From an uncultured Gammaproteobacteria bacterium (GTDB taxonomy: Bacteria; Pseudomonadota; Gammaproteobacteria; Steroidobacterales; Steroidobacteraceae): a stretch of 64,000 bases of DNA. The notes below the pieces were generated by a model. The model was not told the DNA's origin, ran no database searches, and saw only the letters and a list, made by a program, of their open reading frames with translations. Made by a program: the position numbers and the translations under genes. The stretch covers positions 22,690 to 86,689 of the forward strand of contig CAWJVK010000002.1 in the NCBI GenBank assembly GCA_963846305.1, in the 5' to 3' direction. Shown here piece by piece: positions 25,901 to 34,680 of this stretch (the first letter of the stretch is position 1; each line of letters begins with the position of its first letter).

Positions 25901-26426
25901 GGTAGCGCGCCTCGCTCTCGCGGATGGCCGCCTCGGCAAGCTTGCGATCGGTGGTGTCGCGCAGGCACGCGATATAGATGCAGCGGTCGTCGAGCCGGAC
26001 CTTGCTCACGCCCAGTTCGGCATCGAACAGGGTCCCGTCCTGCCTGCGCCCGCGCGTCTCGCGGGGCGCGAGGTCGATCTGCGTGTTTTCGAGGTACTCG
26101 GACAGTTCGTCCAGCGCCTCGGTGAGCACGGTGTTGCGGGCGAGCGACGGGATCAGCAGGTCCAGCCGCCGGCCGCGTGCCGCATCTTCCGAATAGCCGA
26201 AGATTCGTTCCGCGGTGCTGTTCAGCGTCTCGACCAGGCCCGAGGCGTCGACGGTCAGGATCGCGTCCTTGACGTGGTCCAGGATCGCCTGCAGCTGGCC
26301 CGTGGTGTCCGCGCAGCCTGCGGGTCCGGCGCGGGCGACGGGCGCATCGAGCTTCCCGGGCAGGCCTGGTTCCTGTCCCGGGCGCTCCACTGCGCCGTCC
26401 TTGCTGCGATCCCTGTGCCGAGTCAT
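22935..26426 (-). CDS. multi-PAS/GAF diguanylate cyclase-phosphodiesterase (GGDEF-EAL) signalling protein
   Basis: ORF 22935..27302 trimmed to ATG 26426 ([11 protein letters not shown]...). Four PAS-like segments, one GAF-like segment, [11 protein letters not shown], and an EAL domain (FELTE..., [25 protein letters not shown]). Confidence 0.85.
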   Translation of the reverse strand: [1163 protein letters not shown]

Positions 26427-26594
26427 CGATGCCACACCAAGCCTGGCGCCCCGCAAACGGGGCAGGCGGTACCGGATACTAGGCGCCGCGTGCCGACCAC
26501 CGATGTGACCCGGGTCGCAATCGGGCCGGCCGCTGCGGACTGCGGGTGCTGTGCCATCCGGTACAATTCCCGCGGTCGCTGCAGCAGGCTCCCA

Positions 26595-27440
26595 ATGTCC
26601 CCAGACCCCACAGAGCGCACAGGCCACGCCGACCACGTTCCAGGCAGGCTGTCGCTGATCGGGCGTGACGACCCGCCACCCTTCGTGGTGCTCCACGAGC
26701 ACGGCGCGGCGCCGGCGCTGGTGGTCTGCGACCACGCGAGCCGCGCCTTCCCCGGGGCGATGCAGCGGCTCGGGTTGCCGCCGCTGCAGACCTGGGAGCA
26801 CGTCGCCTGGGACATCGGCGCGGGCGAGATTGCGCGAGGCATATCCAACGCGCTCGACGCGCCGGCCGTGCTGGCCGGCTACTCGCGCCTCATCGTGGAC
26901 TGCAATCGACCTCCGTACCACGAGGAGTCGATCCGCGCCGAGAGCGATGGATGGGTCGTCCCGGGCAACCAGGCGCTCGACGAACTGGAGCAGCGCACAC
27001 GGCTCGCCTGCTTCTTCGATCCCTACCACGAGGCGATCGCCGCGATGCTCGGCGGCTTCCGCGCACGCGGCGTGGCGCCGTTGGTGGTGTCGGTGCACAC
27101 GTTCACGCCGCTGATGGCCGGCAAGCTGCGGCCCTGGCACGTTGGCGTCCTCTGGGACCGCGACGAGATTTCCGCGCGCTACATGATCGAGGGGCTCGGT
27201 GCGATCGCCGGTGTCCTGGTCGGAGACAACGAGCCCTACAGCGGCCGGCACCCGGCCGACTACACCGTCGATCATCACGCCGAGGGCGGTGGGCTGCGGC
27301 ACGTCTGCGTCGAGATCAGGCAGGACCAGATCGAATCGCCCGCGGGCGTGGAGCGCTGGGTGCGCATCATGGCGCGCCTGCTGCGCGGCCTGATGTCGGA
27401 TATCGCCGGCGCGGGGCCGGGCCCGCAGGGCGGGGCGTGA
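26595..27440 (+). CDS. N-formylglutamate amidohydrolase-family protein
   Basis: ORF trimmed to ATG 26595. VVCDHASRAFP, AWDIGAGEIA, SRLIVDCNRP, VSVHTFTP, CVEIRQD. Confidence 0.75.
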   Translation: MSPDPTERTGHADHVPGRLSLIGRDDPPPFVVLHEHGAAPALVVCDHASRAFPGAMQRLGLPPLQTWEHVAWDIGAGEIARGISNALDAPAVLAGYSRLIVDCNRPPYHEESIRAESDGWVVPGNQALDELEQRTRLACFFDPYHEAIAAMLGGFRARGVAPLVVSVHTFTPLMAGKLRPWHVGVLWDRDEISARYMIEGLGAIAGVLVGDNEPYSGRHPADYTVDHHAEGGGLRHVCVEIRQDQIESPAGVERWVRIMARLLRGLMSDIAGAGPGPQGGA

Positions 27441-27442
27441 GC

Positions 27443-28411
27443 ATGGACCGGCGGATATCGGTTGCGCCGATGATGGACTACACGGACCGCCACTGCCGCT
27501 ACCTGCATCGGCTGTTGAGCCCCGGTGCGCTGCTCTACACCGAGATGGTGACCGCGCAGGCGCTGGCGCACGGTCACGTCGAGCGATTGCTCGGTTACGA
27601 CCGGGCCGAGTCGCCGGTTGCGCTGCAGGTCGGCGGGTCCGATCCGCCGCTGCTCGCGCTGGCCGCCAGGTTCGGTGAGCAGTACGGTTACCGCGAAATC
27701 AACCTGAACGTGGGCTGTCCCAGCGACCGCGTGCAGGAGGGCAATTTCGGCGCGTGCCTGATGGCGGAGCCACAGCTCGTTTCCGACTGCCTGGTCGCGA
27801 TGCGCGAGGCGGTCAGCGTGCCGGTGACGGTGAAGTGCCGCATCGGCATCGACGAGCTGGACGACTACGGGTTCTTCGACCACTTCGTGCAACTGGTGCG
27901 CCGCTCCGGCGTGACGGTGTTCGTGGTCCACGCCCGCAAGGCGATCCTGCAGGGACTGACGCCGAAGGAGAATCGGGAGATCCCGCCGCTGCGCTACGAG
28001 ATGGTCGCGCGCCTGAAGCGCGAGAACCCGGACCTCACGGTGATCCTCAACGGCGGGCTGAAGACGATCGCGCAGGTGCGCGAATGGTGGAGCCAGTGCG
28101 ACGGCGTGATGCTCGGGCGCCAGGTGTACCAGGAGCCGTACCTGCTTGCGGAACTGCACCGCGAGTTCGTCGATCGCGACTGGACGCCGCCCTCGCGCGA
28201 CGCTGTCGTGGAACAGTACGCGGAATACGTCGAGCGCATGCTGGGCGAGGGCCACAAGCTCGGACTGATGCTGAGGCCGTTGCACGGCCTGTATGCGGGG
28301 TTCCCGGGAGCCCGTTCGTGGCGGCGATACCTGGCCGAGCAGGGCAATGTCCCGGGCGCCGGCGCGGGTGTCCTCCGGGAGTCGCTGCGCGTGTTCCAGC
28401 GCGCGGCATGA
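27443..28411 (+). CDS. dusA: tRNA-dihydrouridine(20/20a) synthase
   Basis: MDRRISVAPMMDYTDRHCRYLHRLLS..., INLNVGCPSDRVQEGNFGACLM, VHARKAILQGLTPKENREIPPL. Confidence 0.95.
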   Translation: MDRRISVAPMMDYTDRHCRYLHRLLSPGALLYTEMVTAQALAHGHVERLLGYDRAESPVALQVGGSDPPLLALAARFGEQYGYREINLNVGCPSDRVQEGNFGACLMAEPQLVSDCLVAMREAVSVPVTVKCRIGIDELDDYGFFDHFVQLVRRSGVTVFVVHARKAILQGLTPKENREIPPLRYEMVARLKRENPDLTVILNGGLKTIAQVREWWSQCDGVMLGRQVYQEPYLLAELHREFVDRDWTPPSRDAVVEQYAEYVERMLGEGHKLGLMLRPLHGLYAGFPGARSWRRYLAEQGNVPGAGAGVLRESLRVFQRAA

Positions 28412-28495
28412 GGACGGGCGCGCGTGCCCCTGTATAATCTCCCGACGGCCGCCCCTGGCCGATCGAGTCATGCAGGGAATCGTCTCCTGGCGAAG

Positions 28496-29398
28496 ATGAG
28501 CAACGAGACCGAGGTTGCCGTCCTGTTCGCGGACGTCGTGGGCAGCACGCGCCTCTACGAGGTGCTCGGCGACCTCAAGGCGCGCGACATGGTCGTCGCG
28601 TGCGTGGACATCATGCGCGCCGCGACAGAGCGCAACCGCGGCTCGGTGATCAAGACCATTGGCGACGAGATCCTGGCCATCTTCCCCACGGCGGACGACG
28701 CGGTGAACGCGGCGGGCGAAATGCAGCAGGACATCGGTGCCCGGCCGGAGTTGTCGGTGCAGGGGCAGCACGTCGCGATGCGCATCGGTTGCCACTTCGG
28801 GCCGGTGGTGCTCGAGAACCGAGATATCTTCGGCGCTTCGGTGCACACGGCGAACAGGATGACCAGCCAGGCCAAGGCCGGGCAGATCATCCTCACTGCG
28901 GAAACGGTCGGGCGCCTGTCGATGGAGTGGCGTGTGCTGACGCGGCAGATCGACGTTGCGCCGGTGCGCGGCCGCGCGGACGAGATGGAACTCTTCGAAG
29001 TGCTCTGGCAGCAGGAGGATGCGACCAGCATGCTGCCGTCGATCGAGATCGACGCGCGCACCGGGCACCGGCCGCAGCGTGTCCGGCTGCGCTACCGTGG
29101 CCGCGACATGCTGCTGGGCGACCGCCGCGAGAGCCTGACGATGGGACGCGCCGAGGAAAACGACGTCGTCGCGCAAGGGCCGCTGATCTCACGCATTCAC
29201 GCGCGCATCGAGATCGCGCGCAACAAGGTGCTGCTGGTGGACCAGAGCACGAACGGTACATTCGTCGTCACCCAGGACGGCAAGGAGTCGTTCATCCGCC
29301 GCGACTCGCACCCGCTGGCGGGGCAGGGCACCATCGGCCTCGGCAAGCTGCCCGACCCGGCGGCGCCCGACGCCATCAAGTACCAGGTCGAGGACTAG
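28496..29398 (+). CDS. class III adenylate/guanylate cyclase fused to a C-terminal FHA domain
   Basis: ATG 28496. VAVLFADVVGSTRL, IKTIGDEILAIF and ANRMTSQAK are cyclase catalytic motifs. C-terminal LTMGRAEENDVV...SRIHARIE...LVDQSTNGTFV is FHA. Confidence 0.8.
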   Translation: MSNETEVAVLFADVVGSTRLYEVLGDLKARDMVVACVDIMRAATERNRGSVIKTIGDEILAIFPTADDAVNAAGEMQQDIGARPELSVQGQHVAMRIGCHFGPVVLENRDIFGASVHTANRMTSQAKAGQIILTAETVGRLSMEWRVLTRQIDVAPVRGRADEMELFEVLWQQEDATSMLPSIEIDARTGHRPQRVRLRYRGRDMLLGDRRESLTMGRAEENDVVAQGPLISRIHARIEIARNKVLLVDQSTNGTFVVTQDGKESFIRRDSHPLAGQGTIGLGKLPDPAAPDAIKYQVED

Positions 29399-29401
29399 CC
29401 A

Positions 29402-29429
29402 AATAAATAGGTGCCAGGCACCTATTTAT
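29402..29429. repeat. REP locus H: single canonical unit
   Basis: AATAAATAGGTGCCAGGCACCTATTTAT, between the convergent stops of the cyclase-FHA gene (29398) and pckG (29429). Confidence 0.9.
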
Positions 29430-31171
29430 CAGCCCAGCGCTTTCTTGACCCGCTGGCACTGCTCGAGCAGGGCCGGAGGTGTCCGCTCGCCGAACTCGCC
29501 GAGGTAGGCGCCGATCTCTTCGATCTCGCGGTGCCAGGCGTCGCGGTCCAGGTCGAGCAACTGCTGCAGCGCGCCGTCGGCGAGCTTGACGCCGTCGAGG
29601 TCGAGGTCTACCTGGTGCGGCAGGAAACCAATGGGAGTGTCCTGCGCCTTCGCACGTCCTTCGCAGCGGTCGATGACCCACGAAAGCACGCGCAGGTTGT
29701 CGCCGAAGCCCGGCCACAGGAACTTGCCGTCCTTGTCCTGCCGGAACCAGTTGACGTGGAACACCCTGGGCAATTGCTTGACGCGGCCCTCGAACGACAG
29801 CCAGTGCGCCCAGTAGTCGGCGAAGTTGTAGCCGCAGAATGGTTTCATCGCCATCGAGTCGCGGCGCACCACACCGACCTTGCCGACCGCTGCCGCGGTG
29901 GTCTCCGAGGCCATGCCTGCGCCGACCATCACGCCGTGCGCCCAGTCGCGGGCCTCGTACACCAGCGGTGCGAGCTCTCGGCGGCGCCCGCCGAACAGGA
30001 TCGCGGAGATCGGCACGCCTTCGGGGTGCTCCATCAGGTGGTTGTACGCGGGATTCTGCTTGGCCGAGACCGTGAAGCGTGAATTCGGGTGCGCCGCCGG
30101 CCCGTTCGCCTTGTCGTAGGGGCGTCCCTGCCAGTCGGTCACCGGCGTGCCGCTGCTGCGGCCTTCCCACCACGGCTGGTTGTCGGCGGTGAGCGCGACG
30201 TTGGTGAAGATCGTGTCGTGGTGGATCATCTCGTAGGCGTTGCGATTGGTCTTCGGGCTGGTGCCCGGGACCACGCCGAAGAACCCGGCCTCGGGATTGA
30301 TCGCGCGCAGGCGACCGTCCTTGCCCACGTGCAGCCAGGCGATGTCCTCGCCGATGGTCCAGACCTTCCAGCCGGGCATGTTGTCCGGCGGGATCAGCAT
30401 GCCGAGGTTGGTCTTGCCGCAGGCCGACGGGAACGCGGCGGCGACGTAGTGGACCTCGCCTCGCGGATTCTCGAGCCCGACGACCAGCATGTGCTCGGCC
30501 AGCCAGCCCTCGGTGCGCGCCTGCCAGCTCGCGATGCGCAGTGCGTGGCATTTCTTGCCGAGCAGCGCGTTGCCGCCGTAGCCGGAGCCGATGCTCTTGA
30601 TCGACAACTCCTCGGGGAAGTGCATGATGAAGCGGCGGTCAGGGTCGAGGTCGCCGACCGAGTGCAGGCCCTTCACGAAGCTGCCGTCCTTCTCGATCCG
30701 CGCCAGCGCCGCCGCGCCCATGCGAGTCATGATCCGCATGTTCAGCACGACGTACGGGCTGTCGGTGATCTCGACGCCGCAGCGGGCGTAGGGCGAGTTG
30801 ATCGGGCCCATGCAATAGGGCACGACGTACAACGTCCGGCCCTTCATGCAGCCGTCGAACAATGCATCGATCTTGCGGTGGCCCTCTGCGGGGTCCATCC
30901 AGTTGTTGTTCGGTCCCGCGTCCTCGCGGTTGCTGGTGCAGATGAAGGTCAGGTGCTCCACGCGCGCCACGTCGGACGGGTTCGAGCGGTGCAGGTGGCA
31001 GTTGGGAAAGTTGTCCGCGTCCAGCTCGAGCAGGTCGCCGCTTGCGAGCATCAGGCGCGTCAGTTCGTCGCGCTCGACATCGGATCCGCTGCACCAGTGG
31101 ATACGGTCGGGTTGCGTGAGCTTGGCGGTCTCGGCCACCCAGGTGGCAAGCGTGGAATTGGTCGTGGTCAT
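29429..31171 (-). CDS. pckG: phosphoenolpyruvate carboxykinase (GTP)
   Basis: NNNWMDP, YVVPYCMGP, GSGYGGNALLGKKC, FPSACGKTN, NWFR. Confidence 0.95.
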   Translation of the reverse strand: MTTTNSTLATWVAETAKLTQPDRIHWCSGSDVERDELTRLMLASGDLLELDADNFPNCHLHRSNPSDVARVEHLTFICTSNREDAGPNNNWMDPAEGHRKIDALFDGCMKGRTLYVVPYCMGPINSPYARCGVEITDSPYVVLNMRIMTRMGAAALARIEKDGSFVKGLHSVGDLDPDRRFIMHFPEELSIKSIGSGYGGNALLGKKCHALRIASWQARTEGWLAEHMLVVGLENPRGEVHYVAAAFPSACGKTNLGMLIPPDNMPGWKVWTIGEDIAWLHVGKDGRLRAINPEAGFFGVVPGTSPKTNRNAYEMIHHDTIFTNVALTADNQPWWEGRSSGTPVTDWQGRPYDKANGPAAHPNSRFTVSAKQNPAYNHLMEHPEGVPISAILFGGRRRELAPLVYEARDWAHGVMVGAGMASETTAAAVGKVGVVRRDSMAMKPFCGYNFADYWAHWLSFEGRVKQLPRVFHVNWFRQDKDGKFLWPGFGDNLRVLSWVIDRCEGRAKAQDTPIGFLPHQVDLDLDGVKLADGALQQLLDLDRDAWHREIEEIGAYLGEFGERTPPALLEQCQRVKKALG

Positions 31172-31317
31172 CGGCTGCGTATCCTCTTCCGCCGGTCGCC
31201 GCAGAAGAAGCCGCAGCCCGGGTTGGTGTTGATCCTCTTGCGCGGATTATAGCCTTGCAGCGGCCCGGTCCCGAAGCCGCAATCGGCGCGAAGTGACAAA
31301 TGTCAGGAAAAAAAGCC

Positions 31318-31344
31318 AAAAAAAGCGCCCTCCGAGGAGGGCGC
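31318..31344 (-). terminator. intrinsic terminator of the phasin gene
   Basis: The minus strand reads GCGCCCTCC-TC-GGAGGGCGC followed by TTTTTTT. Confidence 0.65.
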
Positions 31345-31391
31345 AATCAGGGGGAGATCGTTGTGAGTTCTGTTGGCGACCGTTATGTCGC

Positions 31392-31949
31392 TCAGGCGGC
31401 CCGGGCAGTCTTGCGCGCGCGGGTCGTCTTGGTCTTGGCCTTGCGCACCACGCGCTTCGCCTTGCGCTGTGCAGTCTTGGCGACCGGGGCGGCCTTCTGC
31501 TCCGCCGTGTCGACGATGCGCTCGTAGACGTGCGTCGCGACGCCCTTCAGGTCACGGCCGGCGACCTTGAAGATCTGCACGGCGCGCTGCGCGTCCTCGA
31601 CGACGCGGCCGCGAGTGGCGTGGGCCAGCTCGAACTGGTCGCGGACCAGGTCGACGATGCCGTCGGCGCGGGCGGCGCGCTCGAGGCGCAGCGCAACGTC
31701 CGACAGCGCAGAGGTCACGACGTCCGACTGCAGCTCGATGAGGCTGGCAACGGCTGTCTGCGACACGCTGGTCAGCTTGACGCCCGAGCGGGCGATCACG
31801 CGCACCGGCGACTTCAACGACTTGATGTTCTCGGCGGAATCGACGGCGGCTTCACGCACGGTGGCGGTGGATTCCTTGCGAATCTTCTTGACCTGGGTCG
31901 TGATGGCGGCGGTGCTCTCGCTCACGAATTCCTGAATCTGCTCGATCAT
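31392..31949 (-). CDS. phasin-family (PHA-granule-associated) protein with a basic Ala/Lys/Arg tail
   Basis: ATG 31949 (MIEQIQEFVSES...). All-helical, phasin_2-like. C-terminus AAPVAKTAQRKAKRVVRKAKTKTTRARKTARAA. Confidence 0.6.
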   Translation of the reverse strand: MIEQIQEFVSESTAAITTQVKKIRKESTATVREAAVDSAENIKSLKSPVRVIARSGVKLTSVSQTAVASLIELQSDVVTSALSDVALRLERAARADGIVDLVRDQFELAHATRGRVVEDAQRAVQIFKVAGRDLKGVATHVYERIVDTAEQKAAPVAKTAQRKAKRVVRKAKTKTTRARKTARAA

Positions 31950-32104
31950 GGCTGTGCTCCTGGTTGTGCGGCTGCTGCTGCGATGCAGCAATTGCTGCAG
32001 TGCACAATAACTCCGCGGCGCCCCGCTGTCAAATTCGGCAAACCCTGATAGGCGCCACCCAGGCGGCTTGCCTGTCGCGGCGCCCTCGCGCAGAGTCCGG
32101 CCCC

Positions 32105-32623
32105 ATGCGCGCTCGCCCGATAAAAACGACGATTTTGCCCTGCATGTGCTGGCTTTTCCCGGCCGCGCTGGCTTTGGTTGCGCCTGTCCCCTGGGTCCTG
32201 GCGGATGCCGGGCCTGCGGCGGTGCCGGTGGTGCTGGCCACGGGCGATGGGCCGCTGGAGACCCGCATCGAGGTGCAGAAGCTGGTGACGCGGGAGGCGC
32301 CGGGCGGCGGCGTGGTCCGGGAGTTCGTGGAGGCGCGGCGCCTGAAGGCCGGCGAACAGCTCTATTACACGGTCCGCCTGACGAACCCCGGGCGGCGTCC
32401 GGTCAACGACGTGACGGTCACCAAGCAACTGCCGTACGGCGTCGATTATGTGCCCGGCTCGGCCGTGGGGCCCGGCTGCAGGATCGAACTGTCGCTGGAC
32501 GGCGGCGTCGCGTTCGAACGGGCGGGTGGCAAGGGCGCGTATACGCACGTGCGATGGATTCTCGAGCATCCGCTGGCGCCTGGAGCGACGGCGCTGCTGC
32601 GATTCCGCGCGGTGTTCCTCTGA
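32105..32623 (+). CDS. secreted hypothetical protein (DUF11-like beta-sandwich)
   Basis: ATG 32105 followed by a signal peptide. YYTVRLTNPGRRPVNDVTVTKQLPYGVDYVPGS resembles DUF11 repeats. Confidence 0.5.
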   Translation: MRARPIKTTILPCMCWLFPAALALVAPVPWVLADAGPAAVPVVLATGDGPLETRIEVQKLVTREAPGGGVVREFVEARRLKAGEQLYYTVRLTNPGRRPVNDVTVTKQLPYGVDYVPGSAVGPGCRIELSLDGGVAFERAGGKGAYTHVRWILEHPLAPGATALLRFRAVFL

Positions 32624-32624
32624 C

Positions 32625-34580
32625 ATGACCTCCGAGCTCGACGGACTGTTTGGCGAGGACGGTCCGCTGGCGCGGGCACTGCCTGGATACAGGATGCGCG
32701 ACGGGCAGCTGGCAATGGCCGGGCAGGTGTCGGCCGCCATGGCGGGCCACGAGACACTGGTCGTCGAAGCGGGCACCGGGACCGGCAAGACCTTCGCCTA
32801 CCTGGTGCCGGCGCTGGTCTCGGGCCGGCGCGTGATCATCTCGACCGGCACCCGCGCGCTCCAGGACCAGCTCTATCATCGTGATCTGCCGGCGGTGTGC
32901 GGCGCGCTGGGGCGGCCGGTGCGGGTGGCGTTGTTGAAGGGGCGGGCGAACTACCTGTGCCGTCATCGCCTCGACCTCGCGGAGCAGCAGGCGTACTCGC
33001 GCGGCCTGCGCCGCGAGGTGGCGACCGCGATCCCGAAGGTGCGCGCCTGGTCGCACACGACCCGCAGCGGCGACATCGGCGAGCTGTCGAGGTTCGGGGA
33101 GCAGGACCCCGTCTGGCCGTGGGTCACCTCGACGCGGGAGAACTGCGTCGGCACCGAGTGCCCGAAGTACGAGGACTGCTTCGTGCTGGCTGCGCGTCGC
33201 GAGGCCCAGGCGGCCGACATCGTGGTGGTCAATCACTACCTGCTGATGGCCGACCTGGTGCTGAAGGAGGAAGGCTTCGGCGACCTGCTGCCGGGCGCGG
33301 ACGCGATCGTGATCGACGAGGCGCACCAGTTGCCGGACGTAGCCGCGCAGTTCCTGGGCTACAGCGTCAGCACGCGGCAGCTCGCCGCAATCGCCAAGGA
33401 CGTGGCCGGTGAGTTGATGCTCGCGCAGCAGATGGGAACCGGCGTGGACACGGCGCTGACCGGTTTCGACGCCCAGGTTGGCGAGGTGGTCACGGCTGCC
33501 GGCGGCATGGACGCGCGGCTCGAACATTCGCAATGGCCGGAACGCATGGTCGAGGCGCTCGGCGGCCTCGCGACCCGCGCGGCGGAACTGTGCGAGGCGC
33601 TGGCGCCGCTCGCGTCCGACGGCCAGGGTGCGATCGAGCGCCTGCGCGAGCGGCTGTCGGAGAGCGCCGAGCGACTCGAGTCATTCACGCGCGAGGAGGC
33701 GGACGGTGGCGTGCGCTGGGCCGAGACCAATGCCCGCAGCGTCAGCTGCCACTACGCGCCGGTGGACGTCGCCACGCAGCTCGCGGCGCTGATGCAGGCG
33801 CAGGCCGGCGCCTGGATCCTGGCCTCGGCGACACTGGCAGTGGGCGACGATTTCTCGCACTTCAAGCGGCGCTCCGGCCTCTCGCACGCGGAGTGCGTTC
33901 GATTCGAGAGCCCGTTCGACTTCAGCGGCCAGGCGTTGCTCTACCTGCCGAAAGGCCTCGAGGAGGCCGGTTCGCCGGGCCACACGCGCAGCGTGATCGC
34001 AGCGGCGCTGCCGGTGCTCGATGCGAGTGGCGGGCGGGCGTTCCTGCTGTTCACCAGCCACCGCGCGTTGCGCGAGGGCGCAGAGGAACTGCGCCGGGCC
34101 TGGGGAGATTCGCCGCCGGTGCCGGTGTTCGTGCAGGGCGAAGGTTCGCGCGACCAGTTGCTGCGCATGTTTCGCGAGGCTGGCAACGCGGTGCTGTTGG
34201 GCACGGGCAGCTTCTGGGAGGGCGTGGACGTCAAGGGCACGGCGCTGTCGGTGGTCGTGATCGACAAGCTGCCGTTTGCGGCGCCGGACGATCCGCTGCT
34301 CAAGGCCCGGCTCGAGGAAATCCGCGCGCGGGGCGGCAACCCGTTTTTCGAGGAACAGGTCCCGCAGGCCGTGATCGCGCTGAAGCAGGGCGCGGGCCGG
34401 CTGATTCGCGACGAGGCGGACTTCGGCGTGGTGATGATCTGCGACACGCGCCTGGTGACCAAGGGCTACGGGCGCGCATTCATCACCAGCCTGCCGCCGA
34501 TGAGGCGCACGCGCGAATTGCAGGAAGTGCGGCAGTTCCTGACGGAGCGGCTCGGGGCAGCAGTCCTCGAAAGCACCTGA
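32625..34580 (+). CDS. yoaA: DinG-family Fe-S ATP-dependent DNA helicase, YoaA-like
   Basis: VVEAGTGTGKTFAYLVPAL, four Cys (CRHR...CVGTECPKYEDCF), VVNHYLL, DEAHQLPD. Collinear with my recollection of E. coli YoaA. Confidence 0.85.
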   Translation: MTSELDGLFGEDGPLARALPGYRMRDGQLAMAGQVSAAMAGHETLVVEAGTGTGKTFAYLVPALVSGRRVIISTGTRALQDQLYHRDLPAVCGALGRPVRVALLKGRANYLCRHRLDLAEQQAYSRGLRREVATAIPKVRAWSHTTRSGDIGELSRFGEQDPVWPWVTSTRENCVGTECPKYEDCFVLAARREAQAADIVVVNHYLLMADLVLKEEGFGDLLPGADAIVIDEAHQLPDVAAQFLGYSVSTRQLAAIAKDVAGELMLAQQMGTGVDTALTGFDAQVGEVVTAAGGMDARLEHSQWPERMVEALGGLATRAAELCEALAPLASDGQGAIERLRERLSESAERLESFTREEADGGVRWAETNARSVSCHYAPVDVATQLAALMQAQAGAWILASATLAVGDDFSHFKRRSGLSHAECVRFESPFDFSGQALLYLPKGLEEAGSPGHTRSVIAAALPVLDASGGRAFLLFTSHRALREGAEELRRAWGDSPPVPVFVQGEGSRDQLLRMFREAGNAVLLGTGSFWEGVDVKGTALSVVVIDKLPFAAPDDPLLKARLEEIRARGGNPFFEEQVPQAVIALKQGAGRLIRDEADFGVVMICDTRLVTKGYGRAFITSLPPMRRTRELQEVRQFLTERLGAAVLEST

Positions 34581-34680
34581 CCAGCGGCCGCGCTGCCGGC
34601 CTGCGCCTGGGTCGTTCGTCCGGCGGCGTGTTCGAGCATCGCCACTTTCAGCCTGCCTGCTTCTGCCGTACGCTCGCCGG

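Noticed and set aside
26468-26564. The inverted repeat GGTACCGGAT ... ATCCGGTAC, 78 bp apart, in the divergent region between the GGDEF-EAL gene and the N-formylglutamate amidohydrolase-family gene.
   Set aside because: It is a single 9-10-bp match with a long spacer and could easily be chance. No regulator gene is adjacent to give it meaning.
27443-28411. dusA as a known integration hotspot for integrative elements.
   Set aside because: There is no integrase, no duplicated dusA 5' segment and no foreign-looking block next to the gene. The neighbours are ordinary chromosomal genes.
8255-29430. A family of ORFs beginning MPGTYL... (8255, 15698, 21164, 21929, 22916 and 29411 on the plus strand; 14702..15682 and 19210..21174 on the minus strand).
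   Set aside because: The shared N-terminus is simply the REP palindrome (aTGCCTGGCACCTATTTA) read as protein. True starts of galE and the other genes lie downstream.
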